A stretch of DNA of 64,000 nucleotides, from positions 462,143-526,142 of the forward strand of contig OZ252016.1 in the NCBI GenBank assembly GCA_965247475.1, read 5' to 3'. Every line of letters begins with the position of its first letter. Position 1 is the first letter of the stretch. Of this stretch, positions 17,547 through 26,044 are shown piece by piece. A model generated the notes under the pieces. That model had not been told where the DNA came from. It saw only the letters and a list, made by a program, of their open reading frames with translations, and ran no database searches. The translations under genes and the position numbers were made by a program. This DNA comes from Chloroflexota bacterium (lineage in GTDB: Bacteria; Chloroflexota; UBA11872).

Positions 17547-18893
17547 ATGATCGAACGCACGCTGACACGGCGAGGCCTGCTGCGCGTAGGCTTTGCCGGA
17601 ACCGCCGCGGTTACTACCGCGGCCATCTTCGCCGCCTGCGGTGAGGAGGAGACCCCGGCGGCCGCGGCGCCGGCGACGGCCCCGGCGGCCACGGCCGCGC
17701 CGGCCACCGAGCCGGTGAAGGAAACCGTGACCGTCGAGTACATCAATTGGGCGTTCTCCGAGCTCGGTGCGGACGCATCGGCCCAGATCCTCGACGCATT
17801 CCATTCGTCGATGCCGAGCATCAAGGTCGAGCCGCAGAACCTCGGGTTCACGCAGGCTCAGGACAAGATGGTGACGCTGCACGCGGCGGGCGCCCTGGCG
17901 GACGCGGTCCAGATCGGATTCTGGCAGGTCGGGGATTTCTTCGACCTCGGCATGATCCGTGAGGTCGAGTCGTTGGCGAGTGCCGCCAATTTCGACTGGA
18001 GCGAGTACGCGGAGCCGCTCAAGAGCAAGGCCGCGGGCAAGATCTCCGTCGTGCCCATGTCCACGATCACAGGGTTGAGTCACTTCAACCTGGACACGTT
18101 TGAAGCGGCGGGCGTCGCAGGTCCGCCGGACAACTGGGACGAGCACATCGAGACCGCCAAACAGGTGACCGACCCCGACAATTTCAAGTACGGGATCTCG
18201 CACGCCTGGGGTCTTGAGAACGCCCAGCTGTACAGCCACATGTACCCGCAGATCTGGCAGGCCGGCGGGCAGGTCGAGGACGACAACGACGGCACCTTCA
18301 GTGCCAACACCGATGAGGGCCTCGCCGCGATGGAGTACGTGCTCAGCCTCGAGCTGGAGCACAAGGTGGTCGCGCCCGGAAGTCTCGATGGCGTCGAGCA
18401 GACGCTGATCGAGAACTTTGGGTCGGGTGTGAGCGGGATGTTCTACGACAACTCGGCGCACTTGAACGGGTACCTGTCCACGGACGGTCTGAACTTCGAC
18501 GTCGGCCCGCCCCTGGTGGGACCCGCCCGGCGGTCCGGCTTCACGTTCGGTTGGCGAAACGCCATCGCCGAGCGGAGCGAGGTTGCGCAGGAGGCGTTCG
18601 ATTTCCTCGGCTGGCTCGCGAGCGTCGAGGGCAACAACTTGGTGGCGGGTCTGGGCAACCAGGTTCCGGCCAACAAGAACTCCACGCCCAACTACGCCGT
18701 CGGCGGGATGTCGAGCTTGGTGGAACAGGCGATCCATTGGGCGGGGTTCGAAGGCGCGCAAGGCCACGAGGGCTTTGGCGGCGAGCAACGCACCATCTTC
18801 GCCCGCGAGATCCACAACGCCATCAACGGTGAGGCCTCGGCCGCTGAGGTCTTGGCCGCCACGGAGGACAAGTGGAACGCGTCAGTGGCCTAG
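17547..18893 (+). CDS. Carbohydrate ABC transporter substrate-binding lipoprotein (family 1)
   Basis: Tat-lipoprotein signal (RRGLLRVGFAGTAAVTTAAIFAACG). A strong Shine-Dalgarno sequence (gaaggag) sits 7 nt upstream. Family-1 SBP length and composition. Confidence 0.8.
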   Translation: MIERTLTRRGLLRVGFAGTAAVTTAAIFAACGEEETPAAAAPATAPAATAAPATEPVKETVTVEYINWAFSELGADASAQILDAFHSSMPSIKVEPQNLGFTQAQDKMVTLHAAGALADAVQIGFWQVGDFFDLGMIREVESLASAANFDWSEYAEPLKSKAAGKISVVPMSTITGLSHFNLDTFEAAGVAGPPDNWDEHIETAKQVTDPDNFKYGISHAWGLENAQLYSHMYPQIWQAGGQVEDDNDGTFSANTDEGLAAMEYVLSLELEHKVVAPGSLDGVEQTLIENFGSGVSGMFYDNSAHLNGYLSTDGLNFDVGPPLVGPARRSGFTFGWRNAIAERSEVAQEAFDFLGWLASVEGNNLVAGLGNQVPANKNSTPNYAVGGMSSLVEQAIHWAGFEGAQGHEGFGGEQRTIFAREIHNAINGEASAAEVLAATEDKWNASVA

Positions 18894-18925
18894 CTCACGC
18901 GCGACTGCGATCGCGGTGAGCAGCT

Positions 18926-18957
18926 CCGGGGACCGCGGGACTCCCTGCGGTCCCCGG
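18926..18957 (+). terminator. GC-rich intercistronic stem-loop (CCGGGGACCGC-gggactccct-GCGGTCCCCGG) 33 nt after the sugar SBP stop
   Basis: 11-14 bp perfect stem with no U-tract. Sits between the SBP and permease genes, where partial terminators or stabilisers are common in sugar ABC operons. Confidence 0.3.
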
Positions 18958-19038
18958 CTGACGTGCCAGAACGGATGATCGGCGGACGGGTGCGCACCGG
19001 GTCCGACCGGGCGCCCCGTCGGGAAGGATCGACAGACG

Positions 19039-20004
19039 GTGGCCGAGCGAATTGAGGGGTCCGAGGCGGTCGGTGCAGGCATTCCCAACGAATCCGCGCC
19101 CCGGCAGCCGCAGGCGCGCCGGCGCAACCTGCGCCGGACATTGCTCCCGTACGCCCTCGTCGCGCCCGCCATCACCCTTCTGCTGGTGCTCATGGTGTTT
19201 CCCATGGCCCGGATGTTCCATCTCAGCCTGTTCCAGGGCGTTTTCACGCGTGCCGGGGATGAATTCGTCGGCCTCGAGAACTTCGGCGACCTGCTCCAGA
19301 GCGAGCTGTTCTGGATCTCGCTGAGGAACTCGCTGGTATTCGTTGGCCTGAGTCTCGTGGTTCACCAGATCTTCGGCGGCGGCGTGGCGCTCCTGCTCAA
19401 CCAACGCATGCGGGGACACCTGCGATCGTTCTTCCGCGGCGTCTTCATCACCCCGTGGCTGATCATTCCGGCGGTCGTGGCCATCATGTGGGTGCTGTTG
19501 CTGGACCCGCGCGGCGGCTTCAACAGCAATATGCGCTCGCTCGGGATCGTGGAGTGCTGTCCGCCGCCGGAGTGGTTCGGGAGCTTCGATCTGGCGATGC
19601 CCGCCATGATCGCCACCAACGGATGGGCCGGCTATCCGCTCACGATGATCTTCTGGCTGGCCGGCCTCCAGAGCATCCCGCTGGAGCTCTACGAGGCCGC
19701 CTCAGTGGATGGCGCCGGCCGCTGGCGGCGCTTCCGGCACATCACCTTGCCGGCCATGGGGCCGACGATTCTCACCATCCTGCTGCTCGACACGATCTAC
19801 ACGTTCCGGAACTGGGACCTGCCGTTCCTGACCACCGGCGGCGGCCCCGGCGACAGCACGATCGTCCTCCCGCTGCTCACGTATCGGGAAGCGTTTGTGA
19901 ACTTCAACTTCGGGCCGTCGGCCGCCTCGGCCGTGATGATCTTGCTGATCACCGGGTTCTTTGTGTACTGGTACCTGCGCTTTCGGGCGCGCTTGCTTCG
20001 ATAG
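19039..20004 (+). CDS. Carbohydrate ABC transporter permease (MalF/UgpA-like)
   Basis: EAA loop EAASVDGAGRWRRFRHITLPAMGPT; six transmembrane segments. Confidence 0.85.
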   Translation: MAERIEGSEAVGAGIPNESAPRQPQARRRNLRRTLLPYALVAPAITLLLVLMVFPMARMFHLSLFQGVFTRAGDEFVGLENFGDLLQSELFWISLRNSLVFVGLSLVVHQIFGGGVALLLNQRMRGHLRSFFRGVFITPWLIIPAVVAIMWVLLLDPRGGFNSNMRSLGIVECCPPPEWFGSFDLAMPAMIATNGWAGYPLTMIFWLAGLQSIPLELYEAASVDGAGRWRRFRHITLPAMGPTILTILLLDTIYTFRNWDLPFLTTGGGPGDSTIVLPLLTYREAFVNFNFGPSAASAVMILLITGFFVYWYLRFRARLLR

Positions 20005-20021
20005 GCCGCCGCCGCCCCGCG

Positions 20022-20696
20022 CTACCCCAGATTGCGCAGATCCGCCGCCCTGAAGCCGGGGGTGGTGATGGTCTCGCGGCGCTGTCGCTCGATCTCGAGC
20101 ACACCTGGAGCACGCGCGACCACTTCCTCCGCGACCTCGGCCGGAAACACGGCCACGCCGTTGATGTCCGCGTGCACGATCTCGCCGGTCTTCACCAGCG
20201 TGCCGCTGATCATCACGTCCAGCCCCGCCTGCACGATCTCGGGCGTGCCGTGCGCGGGTGCCGCGCCCGCCGCGAAGTACTGGAATCCCAGCTCGCTCAC
20301 GGTCTCGATGTCGCGCACGCCGCCGTCGGTCACGAGCCCGATTGCGCCCAGCGTGAGCGAGATCGTCGCCATCACGTCGCCACAGTGTGCCGACCGGTAC
20401 CGGTCCGGCCCCACGTCCTTGAGCACCAATACCGACGGTCGCGGCGACTGCTCAACCAGCTCATACCACTGCGCGAACCCGTCGCCCTTCTCCGGCGCGC
20501 CCGGTACGGTGCTGCGGCCGGTGGCAGTGACCGCATAGCCGACCATCGGTCCCATCTCCGGGAACATGCATCGGACGTCGTAGCCCATGTAGCCGTCGGT
20601 CGGGTCCCGGATCCCCAGCTCCTCGACCGCGTTGCAGATCGTTGGCGTGTCGAAGGCGCGCAGTTTCTCGATGATCTGGGGGGACGGTTCGGTCAT
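20022..20696 (-). CDS. RraA family protein (RNase E regulator / 4-hydroxy-4-methyl-2-oxoglutarate aldolase fold)
   Basis: RraA/MenG-like motifs (TPTICNAVEELG, GDVMA, VTDGGVRD). Start at MTEPSPQ (20696). Confidence 0.7.
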   Translation of the reverse strand: MTEPSPQIIEKLRAFDTPTICNAVEELGIRDPTDGYMGYDVRCMFPEMGPMVGYAVTATGRSTVPGAPEKGDGFAQWYELVEQSPRPSVLVLKDVGPDRYRSAHCGDVMATISLTLGAIGLVTDGGVRDIETVSELGFQYFAAGAAPAHGTPEIVQAGLDVMISGTLVKTGEIVHADINGVAVFPAEVAEEVVARAPGVLEIERQRRETITTPGFRAADLRNLG

Positions 20697-20976
20697 GCGG
20701 GTACCTCTCTTCCGGTGCGCTCGGCGCGCTTCCACCGAGCGCGGCTCCGTTATGCCAGACAGTAGGCAAGAGGTCGTGAGCGGGCAAGTCCGCGCGGCGC
20801 CGGCGTACGTGCGCACCCGTCCGCCAGGCCGTGATTCCGCTCTCCGGCTAGCGACCGTTTGCGGCGCGTGGCCATGCCGGGCCCGCGGCCGCCGATGGCG
20901 ACGCCCGCGCCGCTGGTGCTAGTCTCCGCGCCGCACCCGGCGAGCACACGGAGCAGCCAGCTTGAAGTACGAACGC

Positions 20977-21642
20977 ATGCGGCCTGACCAGATTGAGGCG
21001 GTGCGCGCCCAGGTTCCCGTCGCGATCCTGCCCTGGGGCGCGCTCGAGTGGCACGGCTACCACCAGGCGATCGGCCTGGACGCGCTCAAGGCCACCGCGT
21101 TCGCCGACGCCGTGGCGGACCGGATCGACGCGATCTCGCTCCCGCCGCTCTATTGCGGGCACGGCACCATGAAGCCCCAGGCCGGGTTCGGCCATACGAT
21201 TGAAGTCTCCGCGTCCACCCTCGAGTTGCTCGCGCGCGACTACGTTGCGCAGCTTGCCGAGGAGGGCTTCGAGGTGGTCGTGATCATTTCGGGCCACGGA
21301 AACCCGGACCATCTGGCAGCGCTCGAGAAAGGCGGCCGGCCGGAGGCCGAGCGGGCCGGGATCGATTTGTGGATCCTGCCCGATAGCGCGGCGATCGACG
21401 ACGACGAATACCCGCTCGACCACGCGGCGAAGTGGGAGACCAGCGTTCTGTGGGCGGTCGAGCCCGACCTCGTCGACCTGAGTCACTACCGATCCGATCT
21501 ATCGGGCGATCAGCAGGGAGTCCTTGGCGTGCAGCCGGTTGGGGCCGCCTCTCGCGAGCGCGGCCAGCAGGCGTTCGACGAGGTCGTCGCCACCATCGCC
21601 GATGGGGCGCTCCAGCTGCTCAACCAGCGGCGGGCCGGCTAG
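20977..21642 (+). CDS. Creatininase family amidohydrolase
   Basis: LPWGALEWHGYH, ISGHGNPDH and E...W metal-ligand pattern typical of creatinine amidohydrolase family. ATG at 20977; the ORF track gives the TTG at 20962. Confidence 0.7.
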   Translation: MRPDQIEAVRAQVPVAILPWGALEWHGYHQAIGLDALKATAFADAVADRIDAISLPPLYCGHGTMKPQAGFGHTIEVSASTLELLARDYVAQLAEEGFEVVVIISGHGNPDHLAALEKGGRPEAERAGIDLWILPDSAAIDDDEYPLDHAAKWETSVLWAVEPDLVDLSHYRSDLSGDQQGVLGVQPVGAASRERGQQAFDEVVATIADGALQLLNQRRAG

Positions 21643-21689
21643 CCGCGGTTCCCACCACCCGTGTTCGCCGATCGCCGCAACCGGTCGAG

Positions 21690-22030
21690 GGTCATCCCGA
21701 CGCGGAGCGGAGAACCGCGTGTCGTCATGTCATTCCGAGGCGAAGCCGAGGAATCTCATGGTCACCGGACCGGCGAAAGCCTTGTATGTCCCGACGCCCT
21801 CGGATTGTCCGAGGGAACGCGTAGGGCCGGGACAGACCGCAAAAGCCTCGTTTGGTCCGCGTCCATCGAACGGCCCATCCCGAGTCTGTCCAAGGAGCCG
21901 CGCGCCGGCGCATGTCCCCCCGGTGCGCCCTGAGCCCTTGGGCTGGCTCAGGGCAGCCCCCTCCCCCGTGCACCCTGAGTCTGTCGAAGGGGCACGGGAA
22001 TCGCGTGGCTCATCGCTCCCATGTCAAGGC
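21690..22030. repeat. Cluster of REP-A/MITE-like modules (GTCATTCCGAGGCGAAGCCGAGGAATCTCATGG..., CCCGTGCACCCTGAGCCTGTCGAAGGGGCACGGGAAT) filling the creatininase/DUF917 intergenic region
   Basis: The same modules recur at 6131-6192, 7394-7600, 13594-13750, 25920-26000, 27724-27936, 41305-41500, 42585-42670, 53253-53310, 56634-56682 and 60400-60440. Confidence 0.75.
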
Positions 22031-22045
22031 GAGGGATAGGCGCCG

Positions 22046-23140
22046 ATGTCCGGACTGACCCCGCTTACGCCCGACGATCTCGACGCGCTCCAGACCGGCG
22101 CCTGGATCCTCGGCGCCGGCGGCGGGGGCGACCCCTACTTCGGCTACCTCGCGATCAAGAAGCTCTATCGCGAGGGCAAGCGCATCTCACTCCTGGACCC
22201 GTCCGACCTGCGCGACGACGCGTGGGTGGCGGCCGTGAATCAGATGGGGTCGCCGCTGCCGGCGGAGGAACGGCTCACCGATCCCGCCACGATCGCCAAA
22301 GCCGTCCGGCGCATGGAGCAATACCAGGACATCCGGTTCGACGCCGTGATGCCCTGGGAGATCGGCGGCGGCAACGCCTTCCAACCCTTGCTGGCCGCGG
22401 CGATGCTCGACCTCCCGGTCGTGGACGCCGACGCCATGGGCCGCGCTTTTCCCGAGGCCCAGATGACCAGCTTCGCGGTGATGGACTACACGCCCTATCC
22501 GCTCGTCATGGCCGACATCCGCGAGAACACCCTGATCATTGCCGAGGCCGTCGACTGGAAGTGGCTCGAGCGGCTGCGGCGGCGCGCCTGCGCCGAGCTC
22601 GGCGCGATCGCCGCGACCTGTAACCCGCCGCGGACCGGCCATGAGGTCAAGACCGGCAGCCATCTCCACACCGTCACCAAGGCGCTGCGGATCGGGCGCG
22701 CCGTGCACGGCGCGCGGGCGCGCAAGGCCGATCCGGTGCGCGCCGTCATCGATCTCGAGGACGGGCTGATTCTGTTCGAGGGCAAGGCCACGGACGTGGA
22801 TCGACGGACCACGAGCGGCTATCTGCGCGGATCGCTGACCATCGAAGGCCTGGACGGCCGCCGCGGCGAGACCTTCACCCTGGACTTCCAGAACGAGTTC
22901 TCCGTAGCCCGACGAGACGGCCGGGTGGTCGCGACCGCACCGGAGCTGCTCTGCGTGCTGGATCGCGAGACCGGCGAGGCGATCGGCACCGAGGTCATCC
23001 GCTACGGCCAGCGCGTCACGGTGATCGCGCTGCCCGCGCCGCCGCTCTTGCTCACCGAGCGCGGCCTCGAGCTCACCGGGCCCCGGGCGTTCGGATACGA
23101 CCTGGACTTCAAGTCGGTGTTCGACGGGACAGCCGCGTGA
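22046..23140 (+). CDS. DUF917 family protein
   Basis: Characteristic DUF917 N-terminus (GAWILGAGGGGDPY) and length. Translationally coupled (GTGA overlap) to the downstream hydantoinase-like gene, which is the canonical DUF917 genomic context. Confidence 0.7.
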   Translation: MSGLTPLTPDDLDALQTGAWILGAGGGGDPYFGYLAIKKLYREGKRISLLDPSDLRDDAWVAAVNQMGSPLPAEERLTDPATIAKAVRRMEQYQDIRFDAVMPWEIGGGNAFQPLLAAAMLDLPVVDADAMGRAFPEAQMTSFAVMDYTPYPLVMADIRENTLIIAEAVDWKWLERLRRRACAELGAIAATCNPPRTGHEVKTGSHLHTVTKALRIGRAVHGARARKADPVRAVIDLEDGLILFEGKATDVDRRTTSGYLRGSLTIEGLDGRRGETFTLDFQNEFSVARRDGRVVATAPELLCVLDRETGEAIGTEVIRYGQRVTVIALPAPPLLLTERGLELTGPRAFGYDLDFKSVFDGTAA

Positions 23141-24669
23141 GGGTGATCGGTATCGACGTCGGCGGCACCAACACCGATGCCGTGCTGCTCGACGACCGCC
23201 GGGTGCTCGACGCCGTCAAGCGACCGACGACGCCGGATGTCTCGACCGGCATATCCCAGGCGCTGGGCGAAATCGTCGCGCGACGCCCGCTCGAGTCGGA
23301 CCGGGTCGATGCGGTCATGCTCGGTACCACCCACTTCACCAATGCCGTTGCGCAGCGACGCGGGCTGTCCAAGGTCGCCGCCATTCGGATCGGTCTGCCG
23401 GCCACGGCCTATCTGGAGCCGCTGGTCGATTGGCCGTCCGATCTCGCCGCTCTCGTCCGCGGCCGCACCTTCATGGTGCGCGGCGGCCATGAATACGACG
23501 GCCGGCCGATCGTCCCCTTCGATGAGGCCGGTATGCGTCGCGCGGCCGAGGAGATCGGCGCCGCCGGACTGACCTCCGTGGCCATCACGTCCGTGTTCGC
23601 CCCGCTGACCGCGGAGCTCGAGCACCGGGCGGCCGAGATCGTGCGCGCGGCCTGTCCCGATGCGCGCGTCACGCTCTCGCACCGGCTGGGCCGGATCGGA
23701 CTGCTCCCCCGCGAGAACGTGACGATCCTGAACGCCAGCCTGCTCGACCTTGCCGAGACCACCGTTGGGGCCTTTCGGTCGGCGCTGCGCGCCAGCGGCC
23801 TCACGGCGCCGCTGTTCCTCACTCAGAACGACGGCACCGTCATGCATGCCGACTACGCCCAGGCGTTCCCGGTCTACAGCTTTGCGTCCGGGCCGACCAA
23901 CAGCATGCGCGGCGCGGCCTTCTTGTCCGGGCTGTCGGACGCCGTGGTCGTGGATGTGGGCGGCACTACCACCGATGTCGGATGTCTGCGCCGCGGGTTC
24001 CCGCGTGAGGCCAACAGCGCCGTCGAGATCGGCGGAGTGCGGAGCCTGTTCCGCATGCCCGATCTGTTCTCGATCGCGCTCGGCGGCGGCACGCGCGTCC
24101 ACGAGGATCCGCTCGCGATCGGACCCGAGAGCGTCGGCTATGAGCTGCTCGCCCGCGGCCGCGCGTTCGGTGGCGGCGAGCTCACCTGCACCGACGTCGC
24201 GGTGGCGGCCGGGCTGGTCGACCTCGGCGACCGCGAGCTGGTTCGCTCACTGCGCCCGGGGCTGATCGAAGCCGTCCGCGGCGAGCTGCGATTGATGATC
24301 CAGACCTGCGTCGAACGAGTGAAGACGGATGCGGCCGAAACGCCGTTGATCGCGGTCGGCGGCGGCGCGTTCCTGATCCCCGACCAGCTCGACGGTGTGT
24401 CCGAGATCGTCCGCGTGGAGCATCATGCGGTCGCGAACGCCGTCGGCGCGGCGATCGCCCAGGTGAGCGGCGAGGCCGACCGGGTGTTTCAAGACGTCAC
24501 CCGCGATCGAGCGATCGGCCGGGCCACCGAGCTCGCCGAGGCCAATGCGGTCGAGGCCGGCGCCAACCCCCGAACGCTCGAGTTGGTCGAACTGGAGGAC
24601 CTCCCGCTGGCGTATCTGCCCGGCAACTCGCTGAGGGTCCGTGCGAAGGTGGTAGGTGAGATCGCGTGA
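23137..24669 (+). CDS. Hydantoinase/oxoprolinase family protein (shorter HyuA-like partner of DUF917)
   Basis: N-terminal IGIDVGGTNTD ASKHA-fold motif and a second VVVDVGGTTTD motif. About 510 aa, shorter than canonical HyuA. Confidence 0.75.
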   Translation: MRVIGIDVGGTNTDAVLLDDRRVLDAVKRPTTPDVSTGISQALGEIVARRPLESDRVDAVMLGTTHFTNAVAQRRGLSKVAAIRIGLPATAYLEPLVDWPSDLAALVRGRTFMVRGGHEYDGRPIVPFDEAGMRRAAEEIGAAGLTSVAITSVFAPLTAELEHRAAEIVRAACPDARVTLSHRLGRIGLLPRENVTILNASLLDLAETTVGAFRSALRASGLTAPLFLTQNDGTVMHADYAQAFPVYSFASGPTNSMRGAAFLSGLSDAVVVDVGGTTTDVGCLRRGFPREANSAVEIGGVRSLFRMPDLFSIALGGGTRVHEDPLAIGPESVGYELLARGRAFGGGELTCTDVAVAAGLVDLGDRELVRSLRPGLIEAVRGELRLMIQTCVERVKTDAAETPLIAVGGGAFLIPDQLDGVSEIVRVEHHAVANAVGAAIAQVSGEADRVFQDVTRDRAIGRATELAEANAVEAGANPRTLELVELEDLPLAYLPGNSLRVRAKVVGEIA

Positions 24670-24759
24670 GCGGCACGCCTGGTGGCCCGACCTTCAGGTC
24701 GGGATGTCAGGCGCCTAGCGGCGGATGCGCCGCGTCTACTCGGGAATAGGACGGTCTGC

Positions 24760-25860
24760 ATGGCGAGCATCGAGGTCGACCAGGATCGCTTGCTGCGGAC
24801 GTTTCTCGAGCTGGTCGGCGTGGACAGCTTCCACGGCCGCGAGGATTCCGTCGCTGAATTGCTCACCGGCTACCTCGAACCGCTGGGCGTGGAGTTTCGC
24901 CGCGACCCGATCGGCAACCTCATCGGCGTGTGGGACGAGGGTTCCGACGATCGTGTGCCCATCATGCTCAACGCGCACATGGACACCATCCGCCCGACGG
25001 AAGGGATGAGGCCGGAGGTCCGGGACGGCGCCGTCTATTCAGATGGGTCGAGCGTGCTCGGCGCCGACGACAAGGCCGGGCTCGCCGCGATCGTCGAGGC
25101 CATGCGCGCGGTCGGCGAGGCTGGCCACGCGCACGGTCCGGTCGAGCTGGTGTTCACGGTCGGCGAGGAGGTCGGGCACGTTGGCTCGCGCGCGTTCGAT
25201 CTGACCGGCGTGCAGTCGCGCCGTGCGTTTGTGCTGGACTCCACCGCCCCGGTCGGCGGCATCGTCACCCGCGCGTCGGGTCGTCGCGAGTTGCGGGCCG
25301 CGTTCACCGGCGCGGCCGCGCACGCCGGCGCCGCGCCCGAGCTGGGAGTCAGCGCGATCGCGATGGCCGCGCACGCGATCGCACGCATGCCGCTCGGTCG
25401 GATCGACGCCGACACGGTCGCGAACATCGGGACCATTGCGGGTGGGCAAGCGGACAACATCGTCGCGCCCGAGGCCCGCATCACCGGCGAGGCCCGCAGC
25501 CTCAGCGAGCACGGGCTCGACCTTCAGATCGACGCCATGACCGCCGCCATGGACGCCACCGCGGCGGAGTTCGGCGGTTCCGTCGACTACCAGGTCGAGA
25601 GCTTCGTGCGGGCCTACGCGCTCGAGGGCGCCGATCCCGTGGTCCACCTCGCGGAGGCCGCGATTCGAGCCGCCGGCCTCGAGCCCGCCCACGTCGCCAC
25701 GGGTGGCGCCAGCGACGCGCATCAGTTCATCGCGAACGGGCTTCCCTCCGCCTGCCTCGGCGCGGGCTACGTCAACGTCCACTCGGACGATGAGTACATG
25801 CCGCTGGATGCGCTCGGAAGCCTGGCGGCAGTGACGATCCAACTCATCCTCAACGCCTGA
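24760..25860 (+). CDS. M20/M42 family metallopeptidase (peptidase T / tripeptidase-like)
   Basis: Metal-ligand motifs (NAHMDT, GADDKAG, GEEVG) and a C-terminal dimerisation region. Start at MASIEV (24760). Confidence 0.75.
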   Translation: MASIEVDQDRLLRTFLELVGVDSFHGREDSVAELLTGYLEPLGVEFRRDPIGNLIGVWDEGSDDRVPIMLNAHMDTIRPTEGMRPEVRDGAVYSDGSSVLGADDKAGLAAIVEAMRAVGEAGHAHGPVELVFTVGEEVGHVGSRAFDLTGVQSRRAFVLDSTAPVGGIVTRASGRRELRAAFTGAAAHAGAAPELGVSAIAMAAHAIARMPLGRIDADTVANIGTIAGGQADNIVAPEARITGEARSLSEHGLDLQIDAMTAAMDATAAEFGGSVDYQVESFVRAYALEGADPVVHLAEAAIRAAGLEPAHVATGGASDAHQFIANGLPSACLGAGYVNVHSDDEYMPLDALGSLAAVTIQLILNA

Positions 25861-25862
25861 GC

Positions 25863-25932
25863 GACCGGCATCCCATGCAGGGGCAACCCTTGTGGGTGCC
25901 CTCGGTGGCGGCTCCGTGCATCCCTCCTGTCA
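25863..25932. repeat. REP-C element (GACCGGCATCCCATGYAGGGGCAACCCTYGTGGKTGCCCTCGGTGGYGGCTCCG...), second copy at 61214-61284
   Basis: About 90% identity between the two copies. Each lies just downstream of a + strand gene stop (M20 peptidase; O-methyltransferase). Contains a GGGCAACCC/GGGTGCCC hairpin. Confidence 0.7.
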
Positions 25933-26044
25933 TTCCGAGGCGAAGCCGAGGAATCCCATGGCCACCGGACCGGCCAAGCCCTGCCCTGAGTCTCTCGAAG
26001 GAACCCCGCCCCCGTCCGCACGCGAGCCAACAGACGCGTAGCCG

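Noticed and set aside
21690-22030. Possible small RNA or riboswitch in the long creatininase-DUF917 spacer
   Set aside because: The sequence is fully explained by concatenated REP-A modules that recur at many other loci. No match to any riboswitch consensus I know (for example TPP, SAM, cobalamin or glycine cores) is visible.
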